A stretch of DNA of 60,268 nt, filler included, from 8 parts of 8 records of this genome joined end to end with filler, not necessarily neighbours in it, one strand, 5' to 3'; shown: positions 40,239 to 51,136, counted from the whole stretch's first letter. Translations and numbers: made by a program. The notes: generated from the sequence alone by a model not told the origin.

Positions 40239-43200
40239 ATGAAAATCTCGATCCGCTTAACACTTATCCTCGGCGTCCTTGTTCTGATTTGGGGTACCCA
40301 GCTCATCATCACCACCTCCACCTACTTGTCGTCCGAGAAGGTTCTGGTACGCCATGCACGCGATATTATGCAAAATATCGCGGAACTGACCATCGAAAAA
40401 TCAAAAAACCACCTCTCCATAGCGCAAGGCGCAGCCCTTCTTACCGAACGATTGATCGCCTCCCAGGTTGTAAGCAGCCGGGAGAGCCAATACAGCAACC
40501 TGGAAAGATATTTCCTGGACCAGTTGGCCATCTCGCCGCACTTTGCCGGCATCTATGTCGGTAAACCCAACGGAGACTTTTTTTATGTCAGCCGCGACTC
40601 AAGCCCCGGTTCGGAAGGTTTTCGGACAAAAATCATCACCCATGCGGATGGACAAAAAAAGACCCACCTGATCTGGAGAGACAATGGCGCACGATTGGTC
40701 GAGGAGGCGATGGATCCGGCGGACAGGTACGATCCACGCAAAAGGCCCTGGTACCTCAAAGCGCTCGAGACCAACGCAGTCGTCTGGACCGACCCCTATA
40801 TCTTCTTCACCTCCCAGAAGCCGGGCATCACCATTGCCGGGCCCATATATAACGATGGACAACAACTGCAGGGCGTCGTCGGTGTGGATATCGAAATCGA
40901 TCAACTCTCCACCTTCATCGGCAAGCTGCGCATCGGCAAGAGCGGCAGCGCCTTCATGATCAACAACAACGGTGATGTGGTCGCCTTTCCCGATATCTCC
41001 AAGTTGACTTACGAAGATGGCCACCAGACCGGTAAAACGCGACTCGCAAAAATCGAGGAGTTGGACGACGGTCTGGCAAGAGCCGCCTTTCAAGCCATCG
41101 ACATCTCCAAACGAAAAGACGATCGCATCGAGTTGGAGGAGCCGTGCTTTGCCCGCTTCAAATATGAGGGCGACACCTATCACGCCATGTTCGCACCTTT
41201 CCTCGACCGCAACTGGCCGTGGATTATCGGCGTCTATCTACCGGAGAGCGACTACCTGGGCAGCATCAAGACCAACCGCAACTTTAATCTTCTGGTCACG
41301 CTGGCCCTCTCCGTGCTGGCCACCTTTCTCGGCCTGCGCGCTGCCCGGGGCATCATACGCCCCCTGGCCGGCCTTGAACGCGAAGCCCTGGCCATCAAAC
41401 AGCACGACCTTTCCCAGAGCTTCGATATCGGATCGATCTATAAAGAGATTCAGGAGACGGCCGACTCATTTACGCGCATGAAGGAGGCCCTTCTCAGCAG
41501 CGAAGAGAAGTACCGCAGCATCTTCGAGAACATCCAGGACGTCTACTACGAAACATCATTGGACGGCACAATCCTGGAAATCAGCCCATCGGTGGAAAAA
41601 TTTTCCAACTACACCCGCCAGGACCTGATCGGTGTATCCCTCGACAAAATTTATGCCGATCCGGAAACCCGGGAAGCCTATTTAGGGGTCATACTGAAGG
41701 ACGGAAAGGTCGATGACTACGAACTGCAGATGCGCAACCGTGACGGTGAACTGGTCTACTGCTCGATCAACGCCATCCTCCGGCACAATGCCTCCGGAGA
41801 ACCGGAAAGGATTATCGGTTCCCTGCGCGTTATCAACGACCGAAAGCAGGCGGAATTCCAGCTGCGCCAATACCAGAACCAGCTTGAAGATCTGGTCCAC
41901 GAACGCACCCATGACCTGGAAAAGATCAACGAACAGTTGCGACTGGAGGTGGATGCACGCAAGGAGAAAGAGGGGCAGCTTAAAAAAAGCGAAGAGAAAT
42001 ACCGTACCATTATTGAAACCATGGCCAACGGCTATTTCGAGATGGACCTCAAGGGAGATCTCACCTTCTTCAATCACCCACTGGCCACCATGTTCGGATA
42101 TGAAGAAAAAAGCGAACTGATGGGGCTGAACTACCGCAACTATATCGCCCCGGATGAGATTCCTGTCATTGAGAAGCGGTTCGAGGAGATCTACGCCTCC
42201 GGCCTGCCGAATGTTCTTTCGCGCTACACGATCATCACCAAAGACGGAAAAAGCAAAATCGTCGAAGTCACAGCGGCCCTGAGAACCGACAACAAAGGCA
42301 ACCCCAAGGGCTTCCGCGGGTTGGTACTGGATATCAGCGAACGGATCAATGCTGAAAAAGAGAAAAAGAGACTTGAAGAACGTTTCCAGCAAATCCAGCG
42401 TCTCGAGGGAATCGGCACCCTGGCCGGTGGCGTGGCCCACGATTTCAACAACCTGCTGATGGGCATCCAGGGCAACGTCTCCTTGATGCTGCTGAATGCC
42501 GAAGCGGGCGACCGCTATTATGAAAAACTGAAAAGCATCGAGGCGTGTGTGGCCGGTGGCGCAGATCTCACCCGACAGCTTCTGGGGTTTGCCCGGGGCG
42601 GAAAGTATATGGTCAAACCGGTGGATCTGAACACCGTGGTGCATGGAACCGCCGGCATGTTCGGCCGCACACGCAAGGAAATTAAGATCATCGAAAAACA
42701 CGAAAAGAACATCTGGCCGGTCATGGCCGACCAAAGCCAGGTCGAACAGGTTCTGCTCAACCTCTGCATCAATGCCTGGCAAGCCATGCCCGATGGCGGC
42801 AACATATACGTGGAGACCGCCAATGTGGAGCTTGATAAAAACTTCGTCCAGCCGTTCGACGTCGCTGCAGGCCGCTATGTGCGCATCTCGGTCGCCGATA
42901 CCGGCATCGGCATCGACCCCAAGGTCCAGCCCAAAATTTTTGAACCTTTCTTCACCACCAAGGAGATCGGCCGGGGCACCGGGTTGGGGTTGGCATCCGC
43001 CTACGGCATCATCAAAAACCACGACGGTGTGATCGATTTTGTCAGCCGACCGGGTGAAGGCACGACCTTTTATCTCTATCTGCCGGCCACGGAAACGGAA
43101 GTGGAGGCCGAACCGGCAGCGGCGCAGGAGGCGACCAAGGGATCCGGCACCATCCTGCTGGTCGATGATGAAGAGATCGTCATCGAAGTGAACCAGGCCA

Positions 43201-43514
43201 TGCTGGAATCACTGGGCTATACCGTTGTTCCCGCCATCGGCGGTATTGAGGCCGTAAGGATCTATGAGCAGTCGAAAGCGCGTATCGATATGGTGATCCT
43301 CGATATGATCATGCCGGATCTGAGCGGCGGCGAAGTGTTCGACCGCCTCAAAACCATGAACCCGGATGTTAAAGTACTTCTCTCCAGCGGATACAGTCTG
43401 ACCGAGCAGGCGGAGAAAATCCTGGAGCGCGGCTGCCTCGGATTCATCCAAAAGCCGTTCAACATTGAACAGCTGAGCCAGAAGATCACGGAAGTTATGG
43501 AGAGCACCGCATAG
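40239..43514 (+). CDS. Hybrid sensor histidine kinase (Cache-HAMP-PAS-PAS-HisKA-HATPase-REC)
   Basis: YDPRKRPWY (Cache), AGGVAHDFNNLL, FEPFFTTK..GRGTGLGL, LLVDDE and DMIMP motifs. Confidence 0.95.
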   Translation: MKISIRLTLILGVLVLIWGTQLIITTSTYLSSEKVLVRHARDIMQNIAELTIEKSKNHLSIAQGAALLTERLIASQVVSSRESQYSNLERYFLDQLAISPHFAGIYVGKPNGDFFYVSRDSSPGSEGFRTKIITHADGQKKTHLIWRDNGARLVEEAMDPADRYDPRKRPWYLKALETNAVVWTDPYIFFTSQKPGITIAGPIYNDGQQLQGVVGVDIEIDQLSTFIGKLRIGKSGSAFMINNNGDVVAFPDISKLTYEDGHQTGKTRLAKIEELDDGLARAAFQAIDISKRKDDRIELEEPCFARFKYEGDTYHAMFAPFLDRNWPWIIGVYLPESDYLGSIKTNRNFNLLVTLALSVLATFLGLRAARGIIRPLAGLEREALAIKQHDLSQSFDIGSIYKEIQETADSFTRMKEALLSSEEKYRSIFENIQDVYYETSLDGTILEISPSVEKFSNYTRQDLIGVSLDKIYADPETREAYLGVILKDGKVDDYELQMRNRDGELVYCSINAILRHNASGEPERIIGSLRVINDRKQAEFQLRQYQNQLEDLVHERTHDLEKINEQLRLEVDARKEKEGQLKKSEEKYRTIIETMANGYFEMDLKGDLTFFNHPLATMFGYEEKSELMGLNYRNYIAPDEIPVIEKRFEEIYASGLPNVLSRYTIITKDGKSKIVEVTAALRTDNKGNPKGFRGLVLDISERINAEKEKKRLEERFQQIQRLEGIGTLAGGVAHDFNNLLMGIQGNVSLMLLNAEAGDRYYEKLKSIEACVAGGADLTRQLLGFARGGKYMVKPVDLNTVVHGTAGMFGRTRKEIKIIEKHEKNIWPVMADQSQVEQVLLNLCINAWQAMPDGGNIYVETANVELDKNFVQPFDVAAGRYVRISVADTGIGIDPKVQPKIFEPFFTTKEIGRGTGLGLASAYGIIKNHDGVIDFVSRPGEGTTFYLYLPATETEVEAEPAAAQEATKGSGTILLVDDEEIVIEVNQAMLESLGYTVVPAIGGIEAVRIYEQSKARIDMVILDMIMPDLSGGEVFDRLKTMNPDVKVLLSSGYSLTEQAEKILERGCLGFIQKPFNIEQLSQKITEVMESTA

Positions 43515-43516
43515 CG

Positions 43517-44086
43517 TCAAACCTCTACCAACATCATCCAGTAGGCATTGAGCTCGCGGTCCAGTTCTTTTGGATTACGGACGCACTTGGAAAGCGCTTC
43601 CCAAAACTTGGGGCCGTGATTCTTGATGCGGGTGTGCACCAGTTCATGAAGAATTGTATAATCCATCAACGACTGAGGCAGTTGGACGAGCTTGGCATTC
43701 AGATTGATGTTGTTTTTGTGAGAGCAACTCCCCCAACGGGTCTTCTGGTTGCGAATGAAAACCCGGTTGAAGGTGAATCCGTGTCGGGCGGCCAACACTT
43801 CCAGACGCTGCACCAGAATGCTTCGGGCCTGGGAGTGTGAGATTTCGTGCCCCTCTTTACGCGCTAATACAGACTGCTCGACAAGCGCCATGCGTGCCAC
43901 ATGCTTGGCCAGCCAGGACGCTTTGTTACGCGCAACACCCAATGCCTCCTGGAATGAGACACCTCTGGGGACCGCCACGCGAACGCCCCTGAAAGGTTTG
44001 ACCGACAAGTTGATATGCTTGGCGCGACTGCTGCGCTCCAGTAAAATCTCACCAACCCCCTCCAACGCCACCTTTTTCGACTGCAT
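43517..44086 (-). CDS. YgjP/DUF45 (M48-like) metal-dependent hydrolase
   Basis: QKTRWGSCS and DYTILHELVHTRIKNHGPKFW motifs. Confidence 0.9.
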   Translation of the reverse strand: MQSKKVALEGVGEILLERSSRAKHINLSVKPFRGVRVAVPRGVSFQEALGVARNKASWLAKHVARMALVEQSVLARKEGHEISHSQARSILVQRLEVLAARHGFTFNRVFIRNQKTRWGSCSHKNNINLNAKLVQLPQSLMDYTILHELVHTRIKNHGPKFWEALSKCVRNPKELDRELNAYWMMLVEV

Positions 44087-44384
44087 CTACCAATACCTTC
44101 CGGTTTTCCAATTGGACCCAAAGCGGCAACTTTAACACAAATATCGGGGCCACGCACCTTTCAATCGGAAGAATGTGTTCCACGCCCCTCCTCCTCACCC
44201 CTAAAGGAGTCCGGTCAAACCGGATGCCTTCCATTTACCGCAACACAGTTGTTCTATACGGCCCGCCTGCTCGCCATTTTCCAACACGCGCAATGCTCCG
44301 GAGGCTCTCCAGATGTCTGGCAGTTTGACCAATTTCTGGTAGACCGGTGTTTATGTTCGTCCGGTTTCGTGCGATATTACATGT

Positions 44385-44765
44385 ATGTTGACTGGACCCG
44401 ATATAGGATACATTGGAGGCATTGCCGGCTCAGTTCTCGGTGTTGCAGGGGGTGCTATCGGCACCTACTGTAGTATCAAAAAAACCAGAGGCCCACTCGA
44501 AAGAAAGTTCATGATCAAGTCCTCAATCGTATGTTGGATTGCCATCCTGATTTTTCTCGGATTGCTTCTCTGCTTACCCACTCCCTATAGATTCCTCCTG
44601 TGGGCCCCGTATGGTATCGCCATGCCGCTTGGGATTTGCTATTGTGCATCTGTAGCCCTCCTGAAGGTGAAAGTTTATGTTTTCGTCGACACAAACCATA
44701 CCAGATTGAGGGCTACTTCCTCAAAATGTGCGAAAAATATTATACGTTATCCATTTCATTTGTAA
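44385..44765 (+). CDS. Small membrane protein, 3' end possibly replaced
   Basis: Gly-rich TM helix, TYCSIKKTRGPLERKF and further TMs. The sequence after about 44645 looks non-coding. Confidence 0.6.
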   Translation: MLTGPDIGYIGGIAGSVLGVAGGAIGTYCSIKKTRGPLERKFMIKSSIVCWIAILIFLGLLLCLPTPYRFLLWAPYGIAMPLGICYCASVALLKVKVYVFVDTNHTRLRATSSKCAKNIIRYPFHL

Positions 44766-44789
44766 CATACTGATATTACTGGTTTCGGT

Positions 44790-44990
44790 TCAGCGCCAGG
44801 ATTTAATACCAACAATCATAGAGACTTCGCCTACTGTTTCAACCAAATTAAAAACATTTCCATCTTCACTGACAATTCCATTCAAAGTATGGCCAGTATT
44901 TTGAAAAGTCATACTACCATCGCTATTGACTGAATAGGTGAAGTTATCAGAAGAGTTTCCGCTAATAGGATAAAGTTCGAAATAATCTCC
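44790..44990 (-). pseudogene. C-terminal fragment of a beta-rich exported protein
   Basis: DNFTYSVNSDGSMTFQNTGHTLNGIVSEDGNVFNLVET...IVGIK. Low GC and no good start. Confidence 0.4.
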
Positions 44991-45674
44991 ACCTCGAAAA
45001 AAGGCTTTCCAGTAGGTATACGACCAAAAATAGCACATAACTCCAACAATCCTGCAATATTCAACCGCAGTCCAAAACAACAGGTAACGGTGGTGGACCC
45101 CATCGGTTGGACAACCTTAGGGGTAAGTTAAGCTATAGGTCAGTTCGTTTACCGGGGACCTTTTCCCCCTTGTAAGTTTAATGCCACGGCCGTGTACCGG
45201 GGGATCCACAAAATCCCCCCGGTACACACGCGAGCACACGGTCAGCTTCGCTTACAACAACGACGGAGCATAATAATTCTGCAGGCAAAATTATAGCGGC
45301 TCCCTGGCAATCTGCTGGGGAGCCGTTATTTGACGCAGCAATATGCCCCTCCACCCTATTAGCTACATTGGACATATGCCCTTTATTATTTGATTGTATC
45401 CTTGCAATTAGGTAAAAATAGATTCAGATCTTTCGCTAAGAAATATAGTAATTACATGCAAACAATACCAATGATCTTAAGAGAGTGCCTCATTGGTAAA
45501 AAATGATAAGGGGAATATAAATTGTGCTTTTATATCCATTGTATAACTTTATTTGATGGAGTCGAATATGAAAANNNNNNNNNNNNNNNNNNNNNNNNNN
45601 NNNNNNNNNNNNNNNNNNTTAATTAATTAANNNNNNNNNNNNNNNNNNNNNNNNNNNNNNNNNNNNNNNNNNNN

Positions 45675-46895
45675 AAAAAGAGGCTCCTCTTCGATGCGAA
45701 GGAGGTCACGCCCGCGCTTGAAAATCTCAAGACAGAACAGCCCGATATCGTATTGCAGTTGCAGGTGACTTTCACCGACGCGGCAATGACCATGGAAATC
45801 GCCCGCCAGATGGACGCACCACTGGTCATGTGGTCCTTTCCCGAACCTCGCACCGGCGGTCGACTTCGCCTCAACTCGTTCTGCGGTATCAACCTCGCGG
45901 CCCATGCACTCTCCAGAGCCGGACTCTCCTACGAATACATCCACGGCCTGCCGGACGACGAGTCTGCGGCAGAGCAGTTGACAACCATAGCACGGGCAGC
46001 GGCGGTCAAGAACAGTCTCAAGACGACCCGGCTTGGTGTAATCGGCCAGCATCCGGAGGGATTCGACGCGTGCATGTTTGACCACCGGGAATGCCGCGAG
46101 CTGTTCGGCATCGAGGTCGAAGAACATGATCTCATCGCCTTTCTCGATTCGTTGAAGACCATGAGCGACGACAAGGCGAAAGCCCACTACGAGGAACGCT
46201 CCAAGGTTCTGACCAACCTCGCCGAAATGGATTACGAGACAACCATCAAGACGCTGAAAGCGTACGAAGCGATGCGGTGCATGGCCGAGGAAAAGGATTA
46301 TGCAGGTGTCGCCGTACGTTGCTGGCCTGATTTTTTTACCCACTACGGTGCCGCCGCCTGCGGCGCCGTCGCGATGCTCAACGAACACTTCATTCCGGGT
46401 GGCTGTGAGGCAGACGTCCACGGTGTAATCACCTCGCTGATCCTGCAGCGGCTGGCCGGCGAACCTCCGTTCAACACCGACCTGGTCGACATCGACCGGG
46501 AATCAGACACCTGTGTGTTCTGGCACTGCGGGCAGGCGCCGGTGCAGATGGCCGACCCCGACGTTGACATCAGGGCGACCATCCACTCCAACCGGAAGCT
46601 TCCGTTGCTCAACGAATTCCCGCTCAAGCCCGGCAAATTCACGATGGCCCGCTTCAGTAAGGGACACGACCGGGCCACGATGGTTATCGGGGCCGGGGAG
46701 ATGCTGAAAGCACCACTGGCCTTCTCCGGGACGTCGGGTGTTGCCAGGCTCGACAGTCCGGTAGACGAAGTTCTCGACAACCTGATGCGGGCAGGACTCG
46801 AGCATCATTCTGCCATCGTGTACGGGGAACACCGACCGGCACTGCGCAAGCTTGCAGACATGCTCAATATAGGAATTATTGAATTGACGAAATAG
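45675..46895 (+). CDS. L-fucose/L-arabinose isomerase family protein, SqvD-like (5'-truncated)
   Basis: EPRTGGRLRLNSFCG, VRCWPDF, CEADVHG, FWHCG, FSGTSG and EHH motifs. Open from the contig edge. Confidence 0.85.
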   Translation, partial: KKRLLFDAKEVTPALENLKTEQPDIVLQLQVTFTDAAMTMEIARQMDAPLVMWSFPEPRTGGRLRLNSFCGINLAAHALSRAGLSYEYIHGLPDDESAAEQLTTIARAAAVKNSLKTTRLGVIGQHPEGFDACMFDHRECRELFGIEVEEHDLIAFLDSLKTMSDDKAKAHYEERSKVLTNLAEMDYETTIKTLKAYEAMRCMAEEKDYAGVAVRCWPDFFTHYGAAACGAVAMLNEHFIPGGCEADVHGVITSLILQRLAGEPPFNTDLVDIDRESDTCVFWHCGQAPVQMADPDVDIRATIHSNRKLPLLNEFPLKPGKFTMARFSKGHDRATMVIGAGEMLKAPLAFSGTSGVARLDSPVDEVLDNLMRAGLEHHSAIVYGEHRPALRKLADMLNIGIIELTK

Positions 46896-46943
46896 TACGC
46901 TCGAACCATCGAGATCCAGACCAGACCTGGAGGAGGAAACGGT

Positions 46944-47528
46944 ATGGAAATATTGCAGAAGTTAGGAGCGGTCCTGGACACACTCAACGGGTGGGTCGAA
47001 AAGGTTGCCGTGAACGGTGCCTGGATCATGCTCCTTATCATCACGCTTCTCAACATCATTCAGGTTTTCTACCGGTACGTGCTCAACAACGCCCTCTCCT
47101 GGTCCGAGGAAGCGTCTTTGTGGATGATGGTCTGGATCACCTTCCTCATGCTTCCCGTCGCCTATCATCGCGGACTCAACATTTCGATGATGTTCTTCCG
47201 CGACCGGCTCAACAAAAACAGACTCGAATACATCATCCGCTGCATCTTTCACCTAATCGTGATCCTGATCGCCGTGGTCTGTCTCGACCAGGCATACCAG
47301 ATGTACAAAGGCGGATTCCGCATTCAGCTTCCCGCTCTGGAAGTGACCAAGGCATGGGTCTACGCGATTATGCCCCCGGCCTGGTTGTTGCTCATTACCG
47401 CAGCAGCCGGCCAGTTGCTCAGAGACCTGATCGGAGTCATCTCTCCGGAGACCGCACAGGCCGCCGAGAGTGAGGAAGAAGAGCTACCTGTCGAGGACAT
47501 AGCCGTCGAAGGAGGGATAAATTCATGA
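46944..47528 (+). CDS. dctQ: TRAP transporter small permease
   Basis: QVFYRYVLNNALSWSEE motif, 4 TMs. Confidence 0.92.
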   Translation: MEILQKLGAVLDTLNGWVEKVAVNGAWIMLLIITLLNIIQVFYRYVLNNALSWSEEASLWMMVWITFLMLPVAYHRGLNISMMFFRDRLNKNRLEYIIRCIFHLIVILIAVVCLDQAYQMYKGGFRIQLPALEVTKAWVYAIMPPAWLLLITAAAGQLLRDLIGVISPETAQAAESEEEELPVEDIAVEGGINS

Positions 47529-48847
47529 CCTATTTCATCGTCTTTCTCGTAATGATGTTCAGCGGCATGTCGGTGGTCTTCGCGTTGCTGTTCGGCCCCG
47601 GCGTCGCGTTTGTCCTCGACGGCAAGGTCATGTTCCTGAAGCTGCTCTATTCGCGGCTGTTCAACGGGATCTACAGCCCGGCTCTGCTCGCCCTGCCCTT
47701 TTTCATCGTTGCCGGCGAGATCATGAACCAGGGTGGTATCACCAAGAACCTCGTCAAACTCGCCACCGCATTTCTCGGTCACAGACGAGGCGGGCTTGCC
47801 CAGGTCAACATCGCATCATCGATGCTCTTTGCCGGCCTGTCCGGTTCCGCAGTCGCCGACACCTCGGCACTCGGCTCCATGCTCATTCCGGCGATGGAGA
47901 AAAACGGCTACACGCGAAGGTTCGCCGCCGCCGTCACCGCCGCATCTTCGGTGATCGGCCCGATCATCCCGCCGTCGGGATTGATGATTATGTATGCGTT
48001 CGTAATGAACGTATCGGTGGCCGGACTGTTCGCCGCCGGCATCGTGCCCGGTTTCACCATCGGCCTTGGCCTGATGCTCCTTACCGCCTACCTCGCCCGG
48101 GTCCGCAACTTCCCGATAGCCAACGAGCCAATGCCGTGGAGCGAGCGCCTCAGGGCCCTGTGGGACGGAATCATTCCAATGTTGACCCCGGTCATCATGC
48201 TGGGTGGTATCCTGACCGGAATTTTCACTCCTACCGAGGCCGCCGCGATCGGAGCCGGCTATGCGCTGATCGTCGCCCTCGGAACCCGGCAGATGTCGTT
48301 CAAGGATATTCCCCGGGTGTTTACGTCCGCGGCGATCTCATCTGGGGTAATCCTGATGCTGGTGGGAGCGGCCGTCTCATTCGCGTCAATCGTCAGTTTC
48401 TATCACACACCGGAGAAGATGGCGAAGATGGTGTTGTCGATCAGCGAGAATCCGTACGCGGTATTCTTCATGGTCAACATCCTGCTCTTTATCGTCGGCA
48501 TGTTCCTCGACGCCGGTCCGGCCATTCTGATCCTCGGACCGATCCTCGGACCGGCCATGGTAGAGGTGGGGATCCACCCGCTTCATTTTGCTGTCGTAAT
48601 GTGTGTCAACGTGACCGTCGGCCTGGCGACGCCGCCCATGGGACTTGTCCTGTTCGTGGCGGCGGGGCTCAGTCGGGAGTCACTCGAGAAAATCGCCCTG
48701 GAAATGATCCCGTTTCTGATCGTGGAATTCCTGGTGATTTTCCTTATTTCCTATTTCCCGATACTCACCCTCGCGATTCCCAACTGGCTGGGATACCTTG
48801 ACATTCCCGCAGCGGCCAGCTGGATCCTGGGTGGTATTGGAGGATAG
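47525..48847 (+). CDS. dctM: TRAP transporter large permease
   Basis: GLSGSAVAD, IIPPS, FTPTEAA and TPPMG motifs. Confidence 0.95.
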   Translation: MTYFIVFLVMMFSGMSVVFALLFGPGVAFVLDGKVMFLKLLYSRLFNGIYSPALLALPFFIVAGEIMNQGGITKNLVKLATAFLGHRRGGLAQVNIASSMLFAGLSGSAVADTSALGSMLIPAMEKNGYTRRFAAAVTAASSVIGPIIPPSGLMIMYAFVMNVSVAGLFAAGIVPGFTIGLGLMLLTAYLARVRNFPIANEPMPWSERLRALWDGIIPMLTPVIMLGGILTGIFTPTEAAAIGAGYALIVALGTRQMSFKDIPRVFTSAAISSGVILMLVGAAVSFASIVSFYHTPEKMAKMVLSISENPYAVFFMVNILLFIVGMFLDAGPAILILGPILGPAMVEVGIHPLHFAVVMCVNVTVGLATPPMGLVLFVAAGLSRESLEKIALEMIPFLIVEFLVIFLISYFPILTLAIPNWLGYLDIPAAASWILGGIGG

Positions 48848-48894
48848 GCATAACCAACTGAGGTAGCACCAACAACCAAACATGGAGGAGTAAA

Positions 48895-49938
48895 ATGAAA
48901 AGAGTACTGGTAATGCTGATCGCATGTTTCTTCGTTTTCGGAGTAACATCAGTGTATGCGGCGGACCACACCCTGCGCGTGGTTCATCTCTCCAACACCA
49001 ACGATGAAGACTACGACGGCGCCCTCGTCTTCAAGGACTACGTCGAAGCCCGCTCCAACGGTAAAATCGCCGTTGAAGTGTATCCGGGCGCACAGCTCTG
49101 CGGCAACGCGGCCGAGTGTTACGAGGCCACCCAGGGCAACATCATCCAGGTCCACCAGATGACAATCGGCGGTATCTCCGTCGCGTTTCCGGAACTGCAG
49201 GTTCTCGATCTGCCCTACATGATGGACAACGACGCGGTCGCTGAAGCAGTACTGACCGGACCGTTCCTGAACACCCTGCGCCAGTATGTCCTTAAGAAAG
49301 GCGGCCCGCGCATCATGACGATGACCAACACCGGCGGCTGGAGAAACATTGCCAACACCAAGAAGCAGGTCAAGTCTCCGGCGGACATGAACGGACTGCG
49401 TATTCGTACCATCAACTCGCCGCTGCAACAGACCCTGGTCAAGAATCTCGGAGCATCCGCGACCCCCGTTGCGTGGCCGGAAGTATACACCTCGCTGGCC
49501 ACCGGCGTCATCGACGGTTCCAAGAACGGTATCACCGACATCGTCGGCATGAAATTCCACGAGCACATCAAGCACATCACACTTGACGGTCATGCATACA
49601 TGGCGAGCCTCTGGATCATGAACGAGGACACCTACCAGGCGCTCGACGATGAGCAGAAGCGGATCGTCAACGATGGTTTCCGTTCGCTCGGCCAGGTCTG
49701 TTTCGCATTCCCGAAACGTCGCTCCATCGAAGCATACGAGGAGTTCAAGAAGGCCGGCGGTACCATCTACGTTCCGACCGCAGAGGAAAAAGACGCGTTT
49801 CGTAAAGCGGCTGAGCCTCTGAAGAAGTGGTACACCGACAAATACGGCGCCGAAGGCGCGGAGCTGCTCAAAGCGTACGAAGCGGCCATCGCTGATGCTG
49901 AAGCCAAGCTTGCAGCAGAACTCAAAGAAAACATGTAA
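48895..49938 (+). CDS. dctP: TRAP substrate-binding protein
   Basis: Signal peptide, VYPGAQL, GLRIRT and EVYTSLATGVIDG motifs. Confidence 0.93.
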   Translation: MKRVLVMLIACFFVFGVTSVYAADHTLRVVHLSNTNDEDYDGALVFKDYVEARSNGKIAVEVYPGAQLCGNAAECYEATQGNIIQVHQMTIGGISVAFPELQVLDLPYMMDNDAVAEAVLTGPFLNTLRQYVLKKGGPRIMTMTNTGGWRNIANTKKQVKSPADMNGLRIRTINSPLQQTLVKNLGASATPVAWPEVYTSLATGVIDGSKNGITDIVGMKFHEHIKHITLDGHAYMASLWIMNEDTYQALDDEQKRIVNDGFRSLGQVCFAFPKRRSIEAYEEFKKAGGTIYVPTAEEKDAFRKAAEPLKKWYTDKYGAEGAELLKAYEAAIADAEAKLAAELKENM

Positions 49939-49950
49939 CATCTGTCAGTC

Positions 49951-49987
49951 AACGGGCGGATCGGTCTTCGGGACCTCCGCCCGTTTC
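49951..49987 (+). terminator. Hairpin after dctP
   Basis: AACGGGCGGA...TCCGCCCGTT stem followed by a short T-run. Confidence 0.6.
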
Positions 49988-50011
49988 ATTATTCATCGAA
50001 TGGTTGCACCC

Positions 50012-51036
50012 ATGGACCCACAACAGCTACCTGCCATCTACGGTCTGGAATTCAAAGCTCAAACCGATACCGCGGTATCGTTCACCACCGGTGAAGGCAC
50101 TCTCGAAGTAAGTTTCTGGGACGAGGATATCGCTCGTCTGCAGCTTGGCGACAAGGCAGTCAATACGTACCCGATCATCGTCGGTACGTCGGCCGGGAAG
50201 CCGATAGCATACCGAACCGACGGAGACGTCCACTGCATCAGCTGCGGGACCGGAGAAATACGGATCGACCCCGGTCATGAAGAAGGTGACGAGCCGGCCG
50301 TACCGATCAGTTTCTCATTCTCCTGCGATGGCAAACCTGTCGTTCAACCATCACCGGACGGGCATTTCGTGAGAAAATTCCGGGTTCCGCCCTTCGCCAG
50401 AACCGAACAGGGCTGGTTCTTCTCAGTCGGGCTGAAACCGGGAGCCCCGATCTACGGTTTCGGGGAAAAATATGGGTCACTGGACAAGCGAGGTCAGAAG
50501 CTCGTCAGCTGGGCGGAGGACGCGCTGGGCGTCAACGCCGAGCTCTGCTACAAAAATGCACCGTTCTGCTGGACACCAAACGGTACCGACCATGAAGACG
50601 GTTCCAGCGGATACGGCATCTTCATTCACACGACGGCACGGGTAACCCACGGTTCGGGTTATCCACAGTGGTCGAACTGGAGCTATTGCGCGCTGGTCGA
50701 AGACGACGTTCTCGACCTGTTCGTTATCGCCGGGGATACCCCGGCAGACATAATCGGGCGCTACACCGACATCACCGGCCGTACCCCGGACGTCCCGCTG
50801 TGGAGCCTGGGTAACTGGATATCGCGCGCCTACTACAAGGATTTTGCAGAGGCCGAGGAGGTCGCCCGGACTATCCGTGAGCGTGAGATCCCCTGCGACG
50901 TCTACACGCTTGACGGTCGCGCCTGGCTCGACACGGACACCCGGTTCTATTTCGAGTGGGACGGCACCCGCTACCCGGAACCGGAAAAGTTCATCGACGT
51001 GATGCGGGAGCTCAACCTCAAGTTGTGCGTCTGGGA
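50012..51036 (+). CDS. Glycoside hydrolase family 31 (3'-truncated)
   Basis: IYGFGEKYG, DALG...YKNAPF, YTDITGR..VPLWSLG and IPCDVYTLD...WD..RYPEP motifs. Confidence 0.9.
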
Positions 51037-51136
51037 NNNNNNNNNNNNNNNNNNNNNNNNNNNNNNNNNNNNNNNNNNNNTTAATTAATTAANNNNNNNN
51101 NNNNNNNNNNNNNNNNNNNNNNNNNNNNNNNNNNNN

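Noticed and set aside
48949..49941. Long antisense ORFs (also 3819-4727, 33527-34372, 36354-37268, 41682-43022, 45627-46421)
   Set aside because: Shadows of well-supported genes on the opposite strand in GC-rich DNA, with no recognisable motifs.
11434..51136. Seven regularly recurring TTAATTAATTAA repeats in N-runs
   Set aside because: Artificial contig linkers with stops in all frames. Not biological, and they invalidate cross-contig operon inferences.
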